Below, piece by piece: positions 12,338 through 22,498 of a DNA stretch of 64,000 bases (position 1 is its first letter; the number at the start of each line of letters is the position of its first letter). Position numbers and translations under genes: made by a program. The stretch covers positions 1,440,001 through 1,504,000 of the forward strand of contig CBDCNQ010000005.1 in the NCBI GenBank assembly GCA_965219445.1, read 5' to 3'. A model generated the notes under the pieces. It worked only from the letters and a program-made list of their open reading frames with translations, was not told the origin of the DNA and made no database searches. This DNA comes from Longimicrobiales bacterium (GTDB taxonomy: Bacteria; Gemmatimonadota; Gemmatimonadetes; Longimicrobiales; Gaopeijiaceae).

Positions 12338-12829
12338 CTACTCGCTCCCCAACTCCCTTTCCAAAGCCTCACGGTTTTCCCGCCGCCGTTTGCCGTCCTC
12401 GAACCTCTCCTTGTCCTCATCCGTGACGAGCTTCAGCCCAGGCACCGGCGCCGGTCGGCTGTTCTCGTCGATGGCCACGAAGGTCAGAAAACAGTCGTTG
12501 GTGTGACGTCGGCGACCCGTGATCGGATGCTCCGCCACGACACGGACGCCGATCTCCATCGAGGTACGGCCGACGTAGTTGACCCGCGCGCTGCATGTCA
12601 CGAACTCGCCCGTGTAGATCGGCTCCTTGAAGTCCACCTGGTTGATCGATACGGTCACACACGGCTGACGGGAATGGCGCATCGCCGTGACGGCAGCGGC
12701 CCGGTCCACCATCGAGAGCACAACGCCCCCGAAAACGTGGCCGAGGTTGTTGACGTCGCCCGGCATCATGAGCTCCGCGATCTCCGAGGCGGACTCGTCC
12801 GGGCTCTTGGCTTCTCGTTCTTCAGTCAT
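12338..12829 (-). CDS. Acyl-CoA thioesterase (hotdog fold)
   Basis: NNLGHVFGG, YVGRTSMEIGV, TFVAID. Confidence 0.92.
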   Translation of the reverse strand: MTEEREAKSPDESASEIAELMMPGDVNNLGHVFGGVVLSMVDRAAAVTAMRHSRQPCVTVSINQVDFKEPIYTGEFVTCSARVNYVGRTSMEIGVRVVAEHPITGRRRHTNDCFLTFVAIDENSRPAPVPGLKLVTDEDKERFEDGKRRRENREALERELGSE

Positions 12830-13076
12830 CAGGGGACTCATCCTGGCTCTCGGACTCCGGAATCCATTCCTGCTGCGACACGGAAACGTGTGCACTCCGG
12901 GAAATCCAGATCTGGAAAGCTAAAAGGTGAGCCTGGCTCGGGGCTACCCGGTGTTCACGCGGGTGCGCCGAGGGCACCGGCGGGTACGGCAAAGGGACAC
13001 CGGCGGGCGCCCCCATTTGAGTAGCCCCCGGCCTCCCTTGTCCTTCGGCACCCGCCTCACTAGCGTACTGCCCCTC

Positions 13077-13751
13077 ATGAGGAATTTCCTTGGACCGATT
13101 TCAGGCGCCTTCCCTCTCTCAGCCGCCCTCGCAACGGTCGCAGTCGTCGCTGCGCTGCCCGCGAGCGCACAGGATCTGCCGCCAGTCATCGTGCAGCCAG
13201 GCGCCCCCGGTGAGCCGACTCGCACGCTCACTGCCGAGGCGGCGGCCGCCCTCGGGCAGCCGGTACACGTCGAAGCGGACGTTCGCTTCATGCAGGGGAT
13301 GATCCACCACCACGCCCAAGCCCTGGAGATGACCGACCTGCTATCGAGCCGCACCGCGAGTGAAGAGATGCGACTGCTCGCCCAGCGGATCGACATCTCA
13401 CAGACCGACGAGATCGTGATGATGGCGCGGTGGCTGGAGTCCCGCGGTGAGGACGTCCCCGGCTTGCCTGAAGAGGAGGCCTCGCCCCTCAATGACGACC
13501 AACTCATGCCCGGAATGCTCACGGAGGGGCAGATGGCTCAGTTGGCCTCAGCGACGGGCGAGACGTTCGACCGCCTTTTCTTGGAGTTCATGATCGTCCA
13601 CCACGAGGGCGCGTTGACGATGGTAAGTGAACTCTTCCTGGTCTCTGGGGCCGGCCAGGAGCCGGTGATCTTTCAGTTCGCCTCCGACGTCGACGCCGAC
13701 CAGACCGCGGAGATCGGGCGGATGAACACGATGCTGCAGGCACGGCGATGA
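13077..13751 (+). CDS. Secreted DUF305 (ferritin-like) protein
   Basis: Signal peptide; MIHHHAQA and MIVHHEGA repeats; VQPGAPG. Confidence 0.88.
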   Translation: MRNFLGPISGAFPLSAALATVAVVAALPASAQDLPPVIVQPGAPGEPTRTLTAEAAAALGQPVHVEADVRFMQGMIHHHAQALEMTDLLSSRTASEEMRLLAQRIDISQTDEIVMMARWLESRGEDVPGLPEEEASPLNDDQLMPGMLTEGQMAQLASATGETFDRLFLEFMIVHHEGALTMVSELFLVSGAGQEPVIFQFASDVDADQTAEIGRMNTMLQARR

Positions 13752-13794
13752 CCCGATACCCCACACGCCGATACCCCACACCTAAGAGGCCTGC

Positions 13795-15591
13795 ATGAAA
13801 ATCCGGTCCACCCTGTCCTGTCTTATGCTAGCCGCGGCCGTCTCCTTGGTCGGCGCAACCCTGGCGGCCGCCCAAGATGCGGCGCCGTCCGCTGATCCCC
13901 GTGTAGGGCTCGCCGCCGGTTGGCACGACGCCGCCTCTGCGATCAGCAACCTCGAGCTGTTGGCATCGGTGCCAAAGGGCGTGGCCTTCGTGAACCCCGA
14001 TTCGGCGTTCGGGAGCGGGTATTCCAACTCGGACATCGCGTTCACGGCGAACTATGCGATCCAGGGCAACTACCGGGGCTTTCAGATCTACGACATCGAG
14101 GACCCGCTCAACCCGACGCTACGGACCGCGGTGGTGTGCCCCGGGGACCAGAGTGACCCCTCCGTCTTCGGCGACCTTCTCTTCATATCGGTACAGGCCC
14201 TGAGCGCGCGGCTCGACTGCGGAACGCAAGGCGTCGCGGACTCGATCAGCGCCGAACGTTTCAGGGGCATCCGCATCTTCGACATCAGCGACATCCGGAG
14301 TCCCAGACAGGTCGCGGCCGTGCAAACGTGCCGGGGCTCCCACACGCATACGGTCGTCGAAGATCCCAGAGACGACGAGAACGTCTACATCTACGTGCAG
14401 GGCACGGGTTCCGTACGCCCCCGCGAAGAGTTGGAGGGTTGTTCGGGCCTTGGGGCAGAAGACCCGAACACGTCCCTTTTCCGCATCGAGGTGATCCGGG
14501 TGCCGCTCGCCCGGCCCCAGGATGCCGCGGTCGTGAACGAGCCTCGCATCTTCGCCAACGAGCAGACGGGGGACATCGCCGGCCTGTGGGGCGGCGGTGA
14601 CCATGGCCCGGGAACCCAAACGTCGAGGGAAACCAACCGGTGCCACGACATTACGGCGTATCCCGCGATTGGATTGGCCGCCGGGGCCTGCGGCGGAAAC
14701 GGCATCCTCCTGGACATCTCGGATCCGGTGAACCCGTACCGCATCGACGAAGTCGTGGACCCGGGGTTCGCGTCCTGGCACTCGGCGACGTTCAGCAACG
14801 ACGGTACCAAGGTGATCTTCACAGACGAGTGGGGCGGGGGTAGTCAACCCCGCTGCCGCGACACGGACCCACTCACTTGGGGCGCAGACGCCATCTTCGA
14901 TATCGTCGGCCGCAAGCTTCTCTTCGCGGGCTACTACAAGATGAGTGCCCCCCAGACCGAGGAGGAAAATTGCGTGGCCCACAACGGGTCGCTCATTCCC
15001 GTGCCCGGTCGGGACATCAAGGTCCAGGGCTGGTACCAGGGCGGCTTGTCGGTTTTCGATTTCACGGATCCGGCGAACCCCATCGAGATTGCGTACTTCG
15101 ACCGCGGCCCGGTCACCGACCTGCAGCTGGTGTCGGGTGGTTACTGGTCGACGTATTGGTACAACGGCTTCATCTACGGAGCGGAGATCTCCAGGGGCTT
15201 CGACGTGTTCCGTCTGGTGCCCAGCGTGCACCTGAGCCAGAACGAGATCGACGCGGCGGTCGAGGTTCGCATGACCGTGTTCAACACGCAGCACCAGCCC
15301 AAGATCGTTTGGGAGCCCACGCTTGCCGTGGCGCGCGCCTACCTCGACCAACTCATGAGGAGCGACGCCATCCGGGCCGACCGGGCCGTGAGCATCGCGG
15401 GCGCCTTGGACCGGTTCGAGCGGCTGGGGAGCGGGCCGGAGCGGACGGAGCTGTTGGCGCAGCTCCAGCAGACGGCATTCGATCTGGAGAGCGACTCACG
15501 GGTTTCGGTCGCCGGCGACCGGCCCACCCATCGGAGTCGTATGCGCTTGCTCGCCGCAACGCTGAGGGGCCTGGCCGGCTCGGTGCGCTGA
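13795..15591 (+). CDS. Secreted LVIVD-repeat beta-propeller protein
   Basis: Signal peptide; repeated IxDIxDPxxP motifs; CRGSHTHT, CHD, WHSATF, CVAHN. Confidence 0.8.
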   Translation: MKIRSTLSCLMLAAAVSLVGATLAAAQDAAPSADPRVGLAAGWHDAASAISNLELLASVPKGVAFVNPDSAFGSGYSNSDIAFTANYAIQGNYRGFQIYDIEDPLNPTLRTAVVCPGDQSDPSVFGDLLFISVQALSARLDCGTQGVADSISAERFRGIRIFDISDIRSPRQVAAVQTCRGSHTHTVVEDPRDDENVYIYVQGTGSVRPREELEGCSGLGAEDPNTSLFRIEVIRVPLARPQDAAVVNEPRIFANEQTGDIAGLWGGGDHGPGTQTSRETNRCHDITAYPAIGLAAGACGGNGILLDISDPVNPYRIDEVVDPGFASWHSATFSNDGTKVIFTDEWGGGSQPRCRDTDPLTWGADAIFDIVGRKLLFAGYYKMSAPQTEEENCVAHNGSLIPVPGRDIKVQGWYQGGLSVFDFTDPANPIEIAYFDRGPVTDLQLVSGGYWSTYWYNGFIYGAEISRGFDVFRLVPSVHLSQNEIDAAVEVRMTVFNTQHQPKIVWEPTLAVARAYLDQLMRSDAIRADRAVSIAGALDRFERLGSGPERTELLAQLQQTAFDLESDSRVSVAGDRPTHRSRMRLLAATLRGLAGSVR

Positions 15592-15644
15592 GGGCGGAGG
15601 GTGCACCCCGCGCGGCGTGATCCGAAGAGCCTCCTCCATCTGCC

Positions 15645-17168
15645 ATGATGCAGAAGAACCTGACGCAGCGGATCGGCTTGGCACTCGGACCGATTCTGTT
15701 CTTCGTGATCAACTTCCTCGAGCTGGAACCGGGAAACCCGGCCCTCACGCGCATGGCCGCCGTGGCGGCCCTGATGGCCACCTGGTGGATCACCGAAGCG
15801 ATTCCGCTGTTCGCCACCGCGCTCCTGCCCCTCGTGCTCTATCCCCTGCTCGAGATCGAGCGGGGGGGAGGCACGGCGCCCATCTACTTCAACAGCACGA
15901 TCGTGCTGTTTCTGGGCGGCTTCATGATCGCCCTGACCATGGAGAAGTGGAATCTGCACCGCCGAATCGCCCTCACGATCATCCGGGCGATCGGCGGCGG
16001 GCCGTCCCGAATCGTGCTGGGCTTCATGGTGGCCGCAGCGTTCCTGTCCATGTGGGTCTCCAATACGGCCACCGCCATCATGATGGTGCCGATCGGGCTC
16101 GCCATCATCCTCGAGATGGAGAAGGACTTCGGAGAGGACGCTACGCACACTTTCGCGGTGGGCGTCATGCTCGGCATCGCGTACGCGTGCTCGATCGGAG
16201 GAATCGCGACGCTGGTGGGAACGCCCCCCAACCTCTCGCTGGCCCGGATCTTCGAGATCACGTTTCCCGACGCGCCGCCTCTGGTCTTCGGCCAGTGGAT
16301 GGTGATGGCACTGCCCATTTCGATCGTCATGTTGGTGATCGCCTGGCTGCTCATCACCAAGGTCTTCTTCCGCGTGCCGGAGCACATCACCGTGGACCAA
16401 ACCGTTGTTGAGGAGCAGGCGAAGGCGCTCGGACCGGTGGCGTATGAAGAGAAGGCAGTGCTCGTCGTCTTCGGGCTCACCGCGTTCCTTTGGGTGTTCC
16501 GGCTGCCCCTCCAACTCGGCTTCATCACCATACCGGGCTGGTCCCAACTGCTTCCCTACGCCGACCTGATCGATGACGGAACCGTCGCCATCGCCATGGC
16601 CTCACTTCTGTTCCTCATTCCGACGCGCACGCAGGACGCGCCCGCCCCGACCCTGGCGGGCAGAGACATCATCCCACGCCTGCCGTGGGACATCGTGCTC
16701 CTCTTCGGGGGCGGGTTCGCGCTCGCCTACGGCTTTCAGGTCACGGGGCTGTCCATTCTGATCGGCAATAGCTTCGCCGGCCTCGCGGGCGTGCCGCCCT
16801 TTGTGCTGGTCCTGATAGTCTGCCTGTCGATCACGTTCCTCACGGAATTGACGTCCAATACGGCCACCACGGAGATGATCCTGCCGATCCTGGCCTCCGT
16901 GGCCGTCGCGACGAACGTGCACCCTCTGTTGTTGATGATCCCCGCGACTCTGTCCGCCTCGTGCGCGTTCATGATGCCCGTGGCCACACCGCCCAACGCC
17001 ATCATCTTCGGAAGCGACCGGGTCCGGATTCCGGAGATGGCCAAGATCGGACTCGTGCTGAACCTGATCGGGGCCTTGGTGATTACTGTCGCATTTATGG
17101 TCCTGGGAACCGCGATCTTCGGGATCGAGTCGGGGGTGATGCCGGAGTGGGCGGTGTTGGGGGGGTAG
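15645..17168 (+). CDS. DASS/SLC13 sodium-coupled anion symporter
   Basis: SNTAT twice, GTPPN, PVATPPNA; many TM helices. Confidence 0.93.
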   Translation: MMQKNLTQRIGLALGPILFFVINFLELEPGNPALTRMAAVAALMATWWITEAIPLFATALLPLVLYPLLEIERGGGTAPIYFNSTIVLFLGGFMIALTMEKWNLHRRIALTIIRAIGGGPSRIVLGFMVAAAFLSMWVSNTATAIMMVPIGLAIILEMEKDFGEDATHTFAVGVMLGIAYACSIGGIATLVGTPPNLSLARIFEITFPDAPPLVFGQWMVMALPISIVMLVIAWLLITKVFFRVPEHITVDQTVVEEQAKALGPVAYEEKAVLVVFGLTAFLWVFRLPLQLGFITIPGWSQLLPYADLIDDGTVAIAMASLLFLIPTRTQDAPAPTLAGRDIIPRLPWDIVLLFGGGFALAYGFQVTGLSILIGNSFAGLAGVPPFVLVLIVCLSITFLTELTSNTATTEMILPILASVAVATNVHPLLLMIPATLSASCAFMMPVATPPNAIIFGSDRVRIPEMAKIGLVLNLIGALVITVAFMVLGTAIFGIESGVMPEWAVLGG

Positions 17169-17240
17169 AAGTAGTCGGGCGCCTCAGGGCTCGAAGGCGA
17201 CACACGCGTTCCCGCGGGAACGTCGAGGCGCGGTAGCGGC

Positions 17241-17651
17241 TCAGGGCTCGCCCGCGGCCTCCGCGAGACGCTGGTCTGCGGTGAGGAGCTCGAGCCCCTC
17301 GATATGCCTTCGAGCGAGGAGGTAGGTCGAGAGGTGGAGCGCATCCAACGTGCGGAGCGACTTGGTGGGAGCGACCCGTTCCGCAAGCTCACACACCTGC
17401 GCCGTGAGTCCCCATACGTCACAGCGCGCCCAAAGGGCATCCAGCTCTCTGGTCGCGTCCGCGAGCGCCTGCTCGCTCACGAGCCCCCGCGTGCGAACCC
17501 GAAGGACGGCCCGGGCAGCCTCGACCAGCGACAGTCGAGAGGTGACGAGCAGGGTGGCGTTTTTGATGCGCTCCTCGACCTTCGGGCTGGTACCTGCCTC
17601 CAGAAGCGCGCGGAGTACGGCGGAGGTGTCTAGATAGAGGGGCACCGTCAT
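17241..17651 (-). CDS. vapC: Type II TA toxin, PIN/VapC family
   Basis: YLDTSA, LRTLDALHL, LLTADQRL; ATGA overlap with the antitoxin. Confidence 0.9.
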   Translation of the reverse strand: MTVPLYLDTSAVLRALLEAGTSPKVEERIKNATLLVTSRLSLVEAARAVLRVRTRGLVSEQALADATRELDALWARCDVWGLTAQVCELAERVAPTKSLRTLDALHLSTYLLARRHIEGLELLTADQRLAEAAGEP

Positions 17652-17962
17652 GAGTCGCTGGGAGACCAATCGCGTCGCAGCTCGTCGAGCAGCTCGGCCG
17701 CGCTATCCTCCGGCAGCCCGAGCCCGCACGTTTGCCACGTCCAATCGTTCTTTGGCGTCCGAGCCCGTTGAAGCTCGCCCGCTTGGGCCAGGCCCTCCAG
17801 GATGTCCTCGATGTCGTCGCGTGGTGGAAGGCGGCCGGACACCGGACGGATCTCGGCGATGACCTCGTCGCGATCGGTTACCAGGAGGGTCTCCCCCGCC
17901 TTAACCGCGCGCAAATACTCGGACAGCTTGGCCTTCAGCTTCTTCACGCCCACAGCCTTCAT
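17648..17962 (-). CDS. Type II TA antitoxin, Phd/YefM family
   Basis: MKAVGVKKLKAKLSEYLRAVKAGETLLVTDR, directly upstream of the PIN gene. Confidence 0.9.
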   Translation of the reverse strand: MKAVGVKKLKAKLSEYLRAVKAGETLLVTDRDEVIAEIRPVSGRLPPRDDIEDILEGLAQAGELQRARTPKNDWTWQTCGLGLPEDSAAELLDELRRDWSPSDS

Positions 17963-17970
17963 AACCGAAA

Positions 17971-17999
17971 GGTAGTCACTAGTAGTTACCACTACAACC
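17971..17999 (-). promoter_or_regulatory. Probable TA autoregulatory operator
   Basis: Tandem near-palindromes GTAACTAC/GTGACTAC just upstream of the antitoxin start. Confidence 0.5.
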
Positions 18000-18043
18000 A
18001 CGACCTCGATGGATGATGGGAGAAGACATGGGGCGCTGGAATG

Positions 18044-18071
18044 TTGACATGCCACACAGCTTCGCTATCGT
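18044..18071 (+). promoter_or_regulatory. Sigma70-like promoter of the proCBA leader
   Basis: TTGACA-16 nt-TATCGT. Confidence 0.55.
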
Positions 18072-18259
18072 CCGTCACATGATCTTTTCGACCATTTCGA
18101 CAGCTCTTTGACCCTTTCGACCGAACTGACCGTGAACCAGCACGTACGACCGCGACGCCGACCGCGAACCGACCGTCCACTTCCCAGGGAGCGGGCGCGT
18201 CCTGTCTTGCGTGGGGAGATTCGATAGAACCACCTTCAACCCCCTAGACCTGACGTTCG

Positions 18260-18289
18260 CCGGCCCCCATTCCAGGAGCCGGTTTTTTT
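18260..18289 (+). terminator. Intrinsic terminator in the proC leader (attenuator-like)
   Basis: CCGGC...GCCGG stem followed by T7, 18 nt before the proC ATG. Confidence 0.7.
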
Positions 18290-18307
18290 GTTTCCGAGAG
18301 GTTTCCG

Positions 18308-19153
18308 ATGTCCGCAAAAAAAGCATCTGAATCATCGTCCGCCGACCTGGCAATTCTGGGCGGCGGGAACCTGGGCCAAGCCCTTGCACGTGGCTTGGTA
18401 CGTAGCGGGACGCTACGGCCTGAGCAGATTCACGTCACTTCTCTGCATCCGCCCGGCCTGGAGGGATTGGCCGAGGAGGGATTCTCGGTCGGGCGCGATA
18501 ATCTCGCTGCTATCCGGGGCGCGAGTACCGTTCTGTTGGCGGTTCAGCCGCAACAGATCGTGGATCTTCTCGACGAGATCCGGGGAGGTATCGATTCCGG
18601 ACGCCACAAGGTCATCTCGGTGGTGTCCGGCGTGACCGTCGCTCAGTTGCGGGAGATGATCCCGGCTCCGACTCAGGTCGCGCGGGCCATGCCGAATACG
18701 GCGGTCTCGATCGGAGAGTCCATGACCTGCCTCTCGGCCGATCCCGATTCGATGGCTGCCCTCGAAGAGGCGGAAATGTTATTCAAAGGCGTCGGAATCA
18801 CGCTCCGCATCGAGGACGAGATGATGGTCGGAGCCACGGCTTTGTGCGCATGCGGCGTAGCGTTCTTTCTCCGATCGGTTCGGGCGGCCTCGCAGGGCGG
18901 TATCGAGATCGGCTTCCACCCCGAGGACGCGCTCCTGCTCGCGGCACAGACGGCCAGGGGAGCAGCCTCACTTGCCCTTCGCGATAACCAACACCCGGAA
19001 TCGGAGATCGACCGGGTCACGACCCCCCGTGGCTGCACTATCGCGGGGCTGAACGAGATGGAGCATCAGGGCTTCAGCTCCGCGATGATCAAGGGCTTCG
19101 TGCTTTCGGCACGCAAGGCCGGTGCACTGTTCGATGAAGGGGACGCGGCGTGA
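18308..19153 (+). CDS. proC: Pyrroline-5-carboxylate reductase
   Basis: GGGNLG, RAMPNT, VTTPRGCTIAGL. Confidence 0.95.
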   Translation: MSAKKASESSSADLAILGGGNLGQALARGLVRSGTLRPEQIHVTSLHPPGLEGLAEEGFSVGRDNLAAIRGASTVLLAVQPQQIVDLLDEIRGGIDSGRHKVISVVSGVTVAQLREMIPAPTQVARAMPNTAVSIGESMTCLSADPDSMAALEEAEMLFKGVGITLRIEDEMMVGATALCACGVAFFLRSVRAASQGGIEIGFHPEDALLLAAQTARGAASLALRDNQHPESEIDRVTTPRGCTIAGLNEMEHQGFSSAMIKGFVLSARKAGALFDEGDAA

Positions 19154-20418
19154 CGGACACCCCGGGCACCGGCGCCGGCCGGGACTTCGGTGACCTCCGC
19201 AGAGTCGTGGTCAAGGTCGGGAGCGGCATCATCGCGCCCACAGGGCACCTCGATCCGCTCGTCATCGAGCGTATCGCCAAGGACGTCACAGAGCTCCGTG
19301 ACACAGGCCTCGAGGTCGTCCTGGTCGTGTCGGGTGCCGTCGCGGCGGGATACCTCGGGATGGGACGGGATCAGCCCCCGACATCGGTCGTCGAGCGGCA
19401 GGCCTCCGCGGCGGTGGGGCAGTATCAGCTCATGACAATGTTCGCACACGAGTTCGAGAAGTGTGACACCGTCGTCGCGCAGCTCCTCATGATGCAGGAG
19501 GACATCGAGGACCGGCGCCGGTTCCTGAGTGCCAGGCACACGCTACAGGAGCTCCTGTCGCGGAGCGTCCTTCCCATCATCAACGAGAACGACCCGCTCG
19601 CGGACGACGAGGCGAAAATCGGGGATAACGACCATCTCGCGGCGCTCGTGACCAGCCTCATCACGGCGGATCTGCTCGTGATTTTGAGCACGGTCGCCGG
19701 CGTGCTTCGGTTTGACGAAGACGTGGCCACGGGCGGTGAGGAGGGCACAGGAGGTAAGGAGGCCCGCCAGGACGGCGATGACCGAGCCCACACCGCCGAG
19801 GTGATCAGCACCATTGAAGTCGACTCCGAGATCGACATCCACATCACCGATGACCAGAGTGAGACCGGCGTAGGTGGGATGAGGGCCAAAGTCCGGGCGG
19901 CGAGGCTGGCGAGTGACTGGGGCGTTCCCACCGTCATCGCTTCGGGCAGGGAGCCCGGACTTCTCACGCGCGTCGTGAAGGGCGATGAGGTGGGATCGCA
20001 CTTCGTAACGGGCGCCAAACGCCTCACCGAGCGCAAGCGGTGGATCGCCATCCGGACGCGTTCCCGTGGTTTGATCGTCGTGGACGACGGCGCCAAACAT
20101 GCGCTCATCGAGCGTGGAGCCAGCCTACTGCCGGCCGGGATCCTCAAGGTCGAAGGGGACTTCGGGATCGGTGCGCGCATCGATCTGCTCGACGGGCACG
20201 GACAAGCGTTCGCGGTGGGTCTCGTGTCGTACCCGGCTTCGGAGATCGAGCGCATGAAGGGACGGCAGAGCGAGGAGTTCCAGGAGGTGCTCGGATACAA
20301 GTATGTGGAGGAGATCGTGCATCGAGAGGATCTGGTCTTGCTCGACGTGAAGAACGACAATGGAGAGAGCCTCGACGATAAGGAGAGCGCCTTCGACGAC
20401 GGGGAGGACCGGGGATGA
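19150..20418 (+). CDS. proB: Glutamate 5-kinase
   Basis: VVKVGS, PIINEND, GDNDHLAA, GVGGMRAK, C-terminal PUA domain. Confidence 0.96.
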   Translation: MTDTPGTGAGRDFGDLRRVVVKVGSGIIAPTGHLDPLVIERIAKDVTELRDTGLEVVLVVSGAVAAGYLGMGRDQPPTSVVERQASAAVGQYQLMTMFAHEFEKCDTVVAQLLMMQEDIEDRRRFLSARHTLQELLSRSVLPIINENDPLADDEAKIGDNDHLAALVTSLITADLLVILSTVAGVLRFDEDVATGGEEGTGGKEARQDGDDRAHTAEVISTIEVDSEIDIHITDDQSETGVGGMRAKVRAARLASDWGVPTVIASGREPGLLTRVVKGDEVGSHFVTGAKRLTERKRWIAIRTRSRGLIVVDDGAKHALIERGASLLPAGILKVEGDFGIGARIDLLDGHGQAFAVGLVSYPASEIERMKGRQSEEFQEVLGYKYVEEIVHREDLVLLDVKNDNGESLDDKESAFDDGEDRG

Positions 20419-21683
20419 GTGAGGCAATGAAAGAGGTGATGAGTGAGGTACGGAGGGCGGCCGAGGCCGCACGCGACGCCGCACAGCACGTGGCGACGCT
20501 CACGACCGAGCAGAAGAACGACTACCTCCGTGATCTGGCGGGAGCGCTCGTGGCCGCCGAGGAGGACATCCTCCGGGCCAACGCCGCGGACCTCGCACGC
20601 GCTGAAGAGGATGGCTTGTCGACACCCAAGCTCAAGAGGCTGGGCCTCACGGCCGAGAGCCTCACGCAAATGGCCGAAGGGCTGAGGCAGGTCGCGGTCC
20701 TCGACGATCCGGTCGCGCAGGTCACCCGGGACCAGACCCTCGACAACGGTCTTCGCGTAACTCGCGTGCGCTGTCCGCTTGGCGTCGTGATGATGATCTA
20801 CGAGTCACGCCCGAACGTCACGATCGACGCGTTCTCCCTCTGCTTCAAGTCGGGCAACGCCTGCATCCTCAAGGGCGGCAAGGAGGCGCAAGGCAGCAAC
20901 GAAGCGCTCGCCGAAGTGATCCACGCCACGCTTCGCGAGCACGGTCTGCCCGAGGAGGCACTCGTGCTCGTGGGCTCCGGCGGACGAGAGGCCGTCGCCG
21001 AGCTGCTCACCTTCGACGACTGTATCGATCTGGTCATCCCGCGCGGCGGCGAGCCGCTCATCCGATACGTGAGCGAAAATTCCTCCATTCCGACCGTGCA
21101 GCACTTCCACGGGGTCTGCCACGTGTACATCGACGCCGACGCGAATCTCGAGCAGGCGCTGGAGATTTCGGTCACCGGCAAGACGTCGGCGCCGGCCACC
21201 TGCAACGCGACCGAAGCCGTGCTGGTCCATGAGGACGTGGCGGCGACGTTCGTGCCCGATCTCGCCGCTGGCTACAGGGAGGCGGGCGTCGAGGTCCGTG
21301 GGGACGACGCCGTACGTGCCATCGAGGCGGATGTGACCGTCGCCGCCGCGGACGACTGGGGCCGGGAGTTCCTCGATATGATCGTGGCAGTGAAGGTGGT
21401 TCCCGACATGGACGCGGCCATCGATCACATCCGCCGCTTCGGCTCGGATCATACGGATACGATCGTCACCGAGAACGCGGAGACGGCCGCGGAGTTCACC
21501 AACCGGGTTCAGTCGTCGTGCACCCTGGTGAACGCGTCGACACGCTTCAACGACGGGTTCCAGCTCGGCATGGGCGCCGAGATCGGGATCAGCACGTCCC
21601 GCGTGCACGCGTACGGGCCGATGGGCCTGGAGGAGCTGACCTCGCAGCGGTTCGTGGTGGAGGGAGCGGGGCATGTGCGATGA
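20415..21683 (+). CDS. proA: Gamma-glutamyl phosphate reductase
   Basis: IYESRPNVT, IPRGG, CNATE, NASTRFNDG, GAEIGIST. Confidence 0.96.
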   Translation: MSEAMKEVMSEVRRAAEAARDAAQHVATLTTEQKNDYLRDLAGALVAAEEDILRANAADLARAEEDGLSTPKLKRLGLTAESLTQMAEGLRQVAVLDDPVAQVTRDQTLDNGLRVTRVRCPLGVVMMIYESRPNVTIDAFSLCFKSGNACILKGGKEAQGSNEALAEVIHATLREHGLPEEALVLVGSGGREAVAELLTFDDCIDLVIPRGGEPLIRYVSENSSIPTVQHFHGVCHVYIDADANLEQALEISVTGKTSAPATCNATEAVLVHEDVAATFVPDLAAGYREAGVEVRGDDAVRAIEADVTVAAADDWGREFLDMIVAVKVVPDMDAAIDHIRRFGSDHTDTIVTENAETAAEFTNRVQSSCTLVNASTRFNDGFQLGMGAEIGISTSRVHAYGPMGLEELTSQRFVVEGAGHVR

Positions 21684-21710
21684 GGGGGCTGGGCATGTGC
21701 GCTGAGGGGG
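21669..21710 (+). repeat. 22-bp-period tandem duplication of the proA 3' end
   Basis: GGGCATGTGCG(A/C)TGAGGGGG at 21669 and 21691. Confidence 0.8.
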
Positions 21711-21729
21711 GTAGCGCACTGAGCTGAGC

Positions 21730-22446
21730 GTGGATATCCCGCCCTTCGAGCTTCGAGGCGTCGGCCAGGAAAGGGCCGGTCGTACGGTGCTTCAGGACAT
21801 CGACGTTACGATTCCTCGGCATCTGATTACGGTCCTGTGTGGGCCCTCCGGTGGAGGAAAAACGTCCCTTCTCAGGCTCCTCAACCGGCTCGACGATCCC
21901 GTCAAAGGAGACATCCTCCTCGACGGGCGTCCGATCGTCGAGTACGCGGTGCCCGAGCTTCGACGACGGGTGGCGCTCGTCTTCCAGACCCCGGTCATGT
22001 TTCCGGGTACGGTTTCGGACAACCTGGCGGTGGCTGCCGAACTCGGTGGCGTTCAGGACGGTCAGTTCGATCGACAAGCAAGCGAAGTCATGCTTCTCGC
22101 TGAGCTCGAGCCATCGCTGCTCACACGGCCCGGGGATGAGCTATCTGTGGGCCAGAAGCAGCGGGTGAACCTCGCACGGGCGCTGATGACCTCCCCGGAG
22201 GTGCTACTGCTGGACGAACCCACATCCGCCCTGGATCCCGAGACGTCGCGGGCGCTGATGAAGACGATTGGGAGTCTGTCCGAGGTTCGGCGACTGACCA
22301 TCATCGTGGCTACGCATCGAGTCTCCGAGGCCAGGGAATATGCCCATCACGCCGTGGACCTTCGGGATGGACGTGTGATCGACTCCGGCGATTCAGAGCG
22401 AGTTCTCAGCGGGTTTCCGGACCCTGATAGATCTGTGAGGCTATGA
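21730..22446 (+). CDS. ABC transporter ATP-binding protein (FetA/YbbL-like)
   Basis: GPSGGGKT, LSVGQKQR, LLLDEPTSALD; adjacent to a FetB-like permease. Confidence 0.85.
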   Translation: MDIPPFELRGVGQERAGRTVLQDIDVTIPRHLITVLCGPSGGGKTSLLRLLNRLDDPVKGDILLDGRPIVEYAVPELRRRVALVFQTPVMFPGTVSDNLAVAAELGGVQDGQFDRQASEVMLLAELEPSLLTRPGDELSVGQKQRVNLARALMTSPEVLLLDEPTSALDPETSRALMKTIGSLSEVRRLTIIVATHRVSEAREYAHHAVDLRDGRVIDSGDSERVLSGFPDPDRSVRL

Positions 22447-22498
22447 CGATGGCACCGGATATGAGTCCATGATGACTTCGTTCGAGCGGAGCAGCTGA

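Noticed and set aside
18080..18290. T-box riboswitch upstream of proC
   Set aside because: No GGTGG-ACC T-box sequence before the terminator
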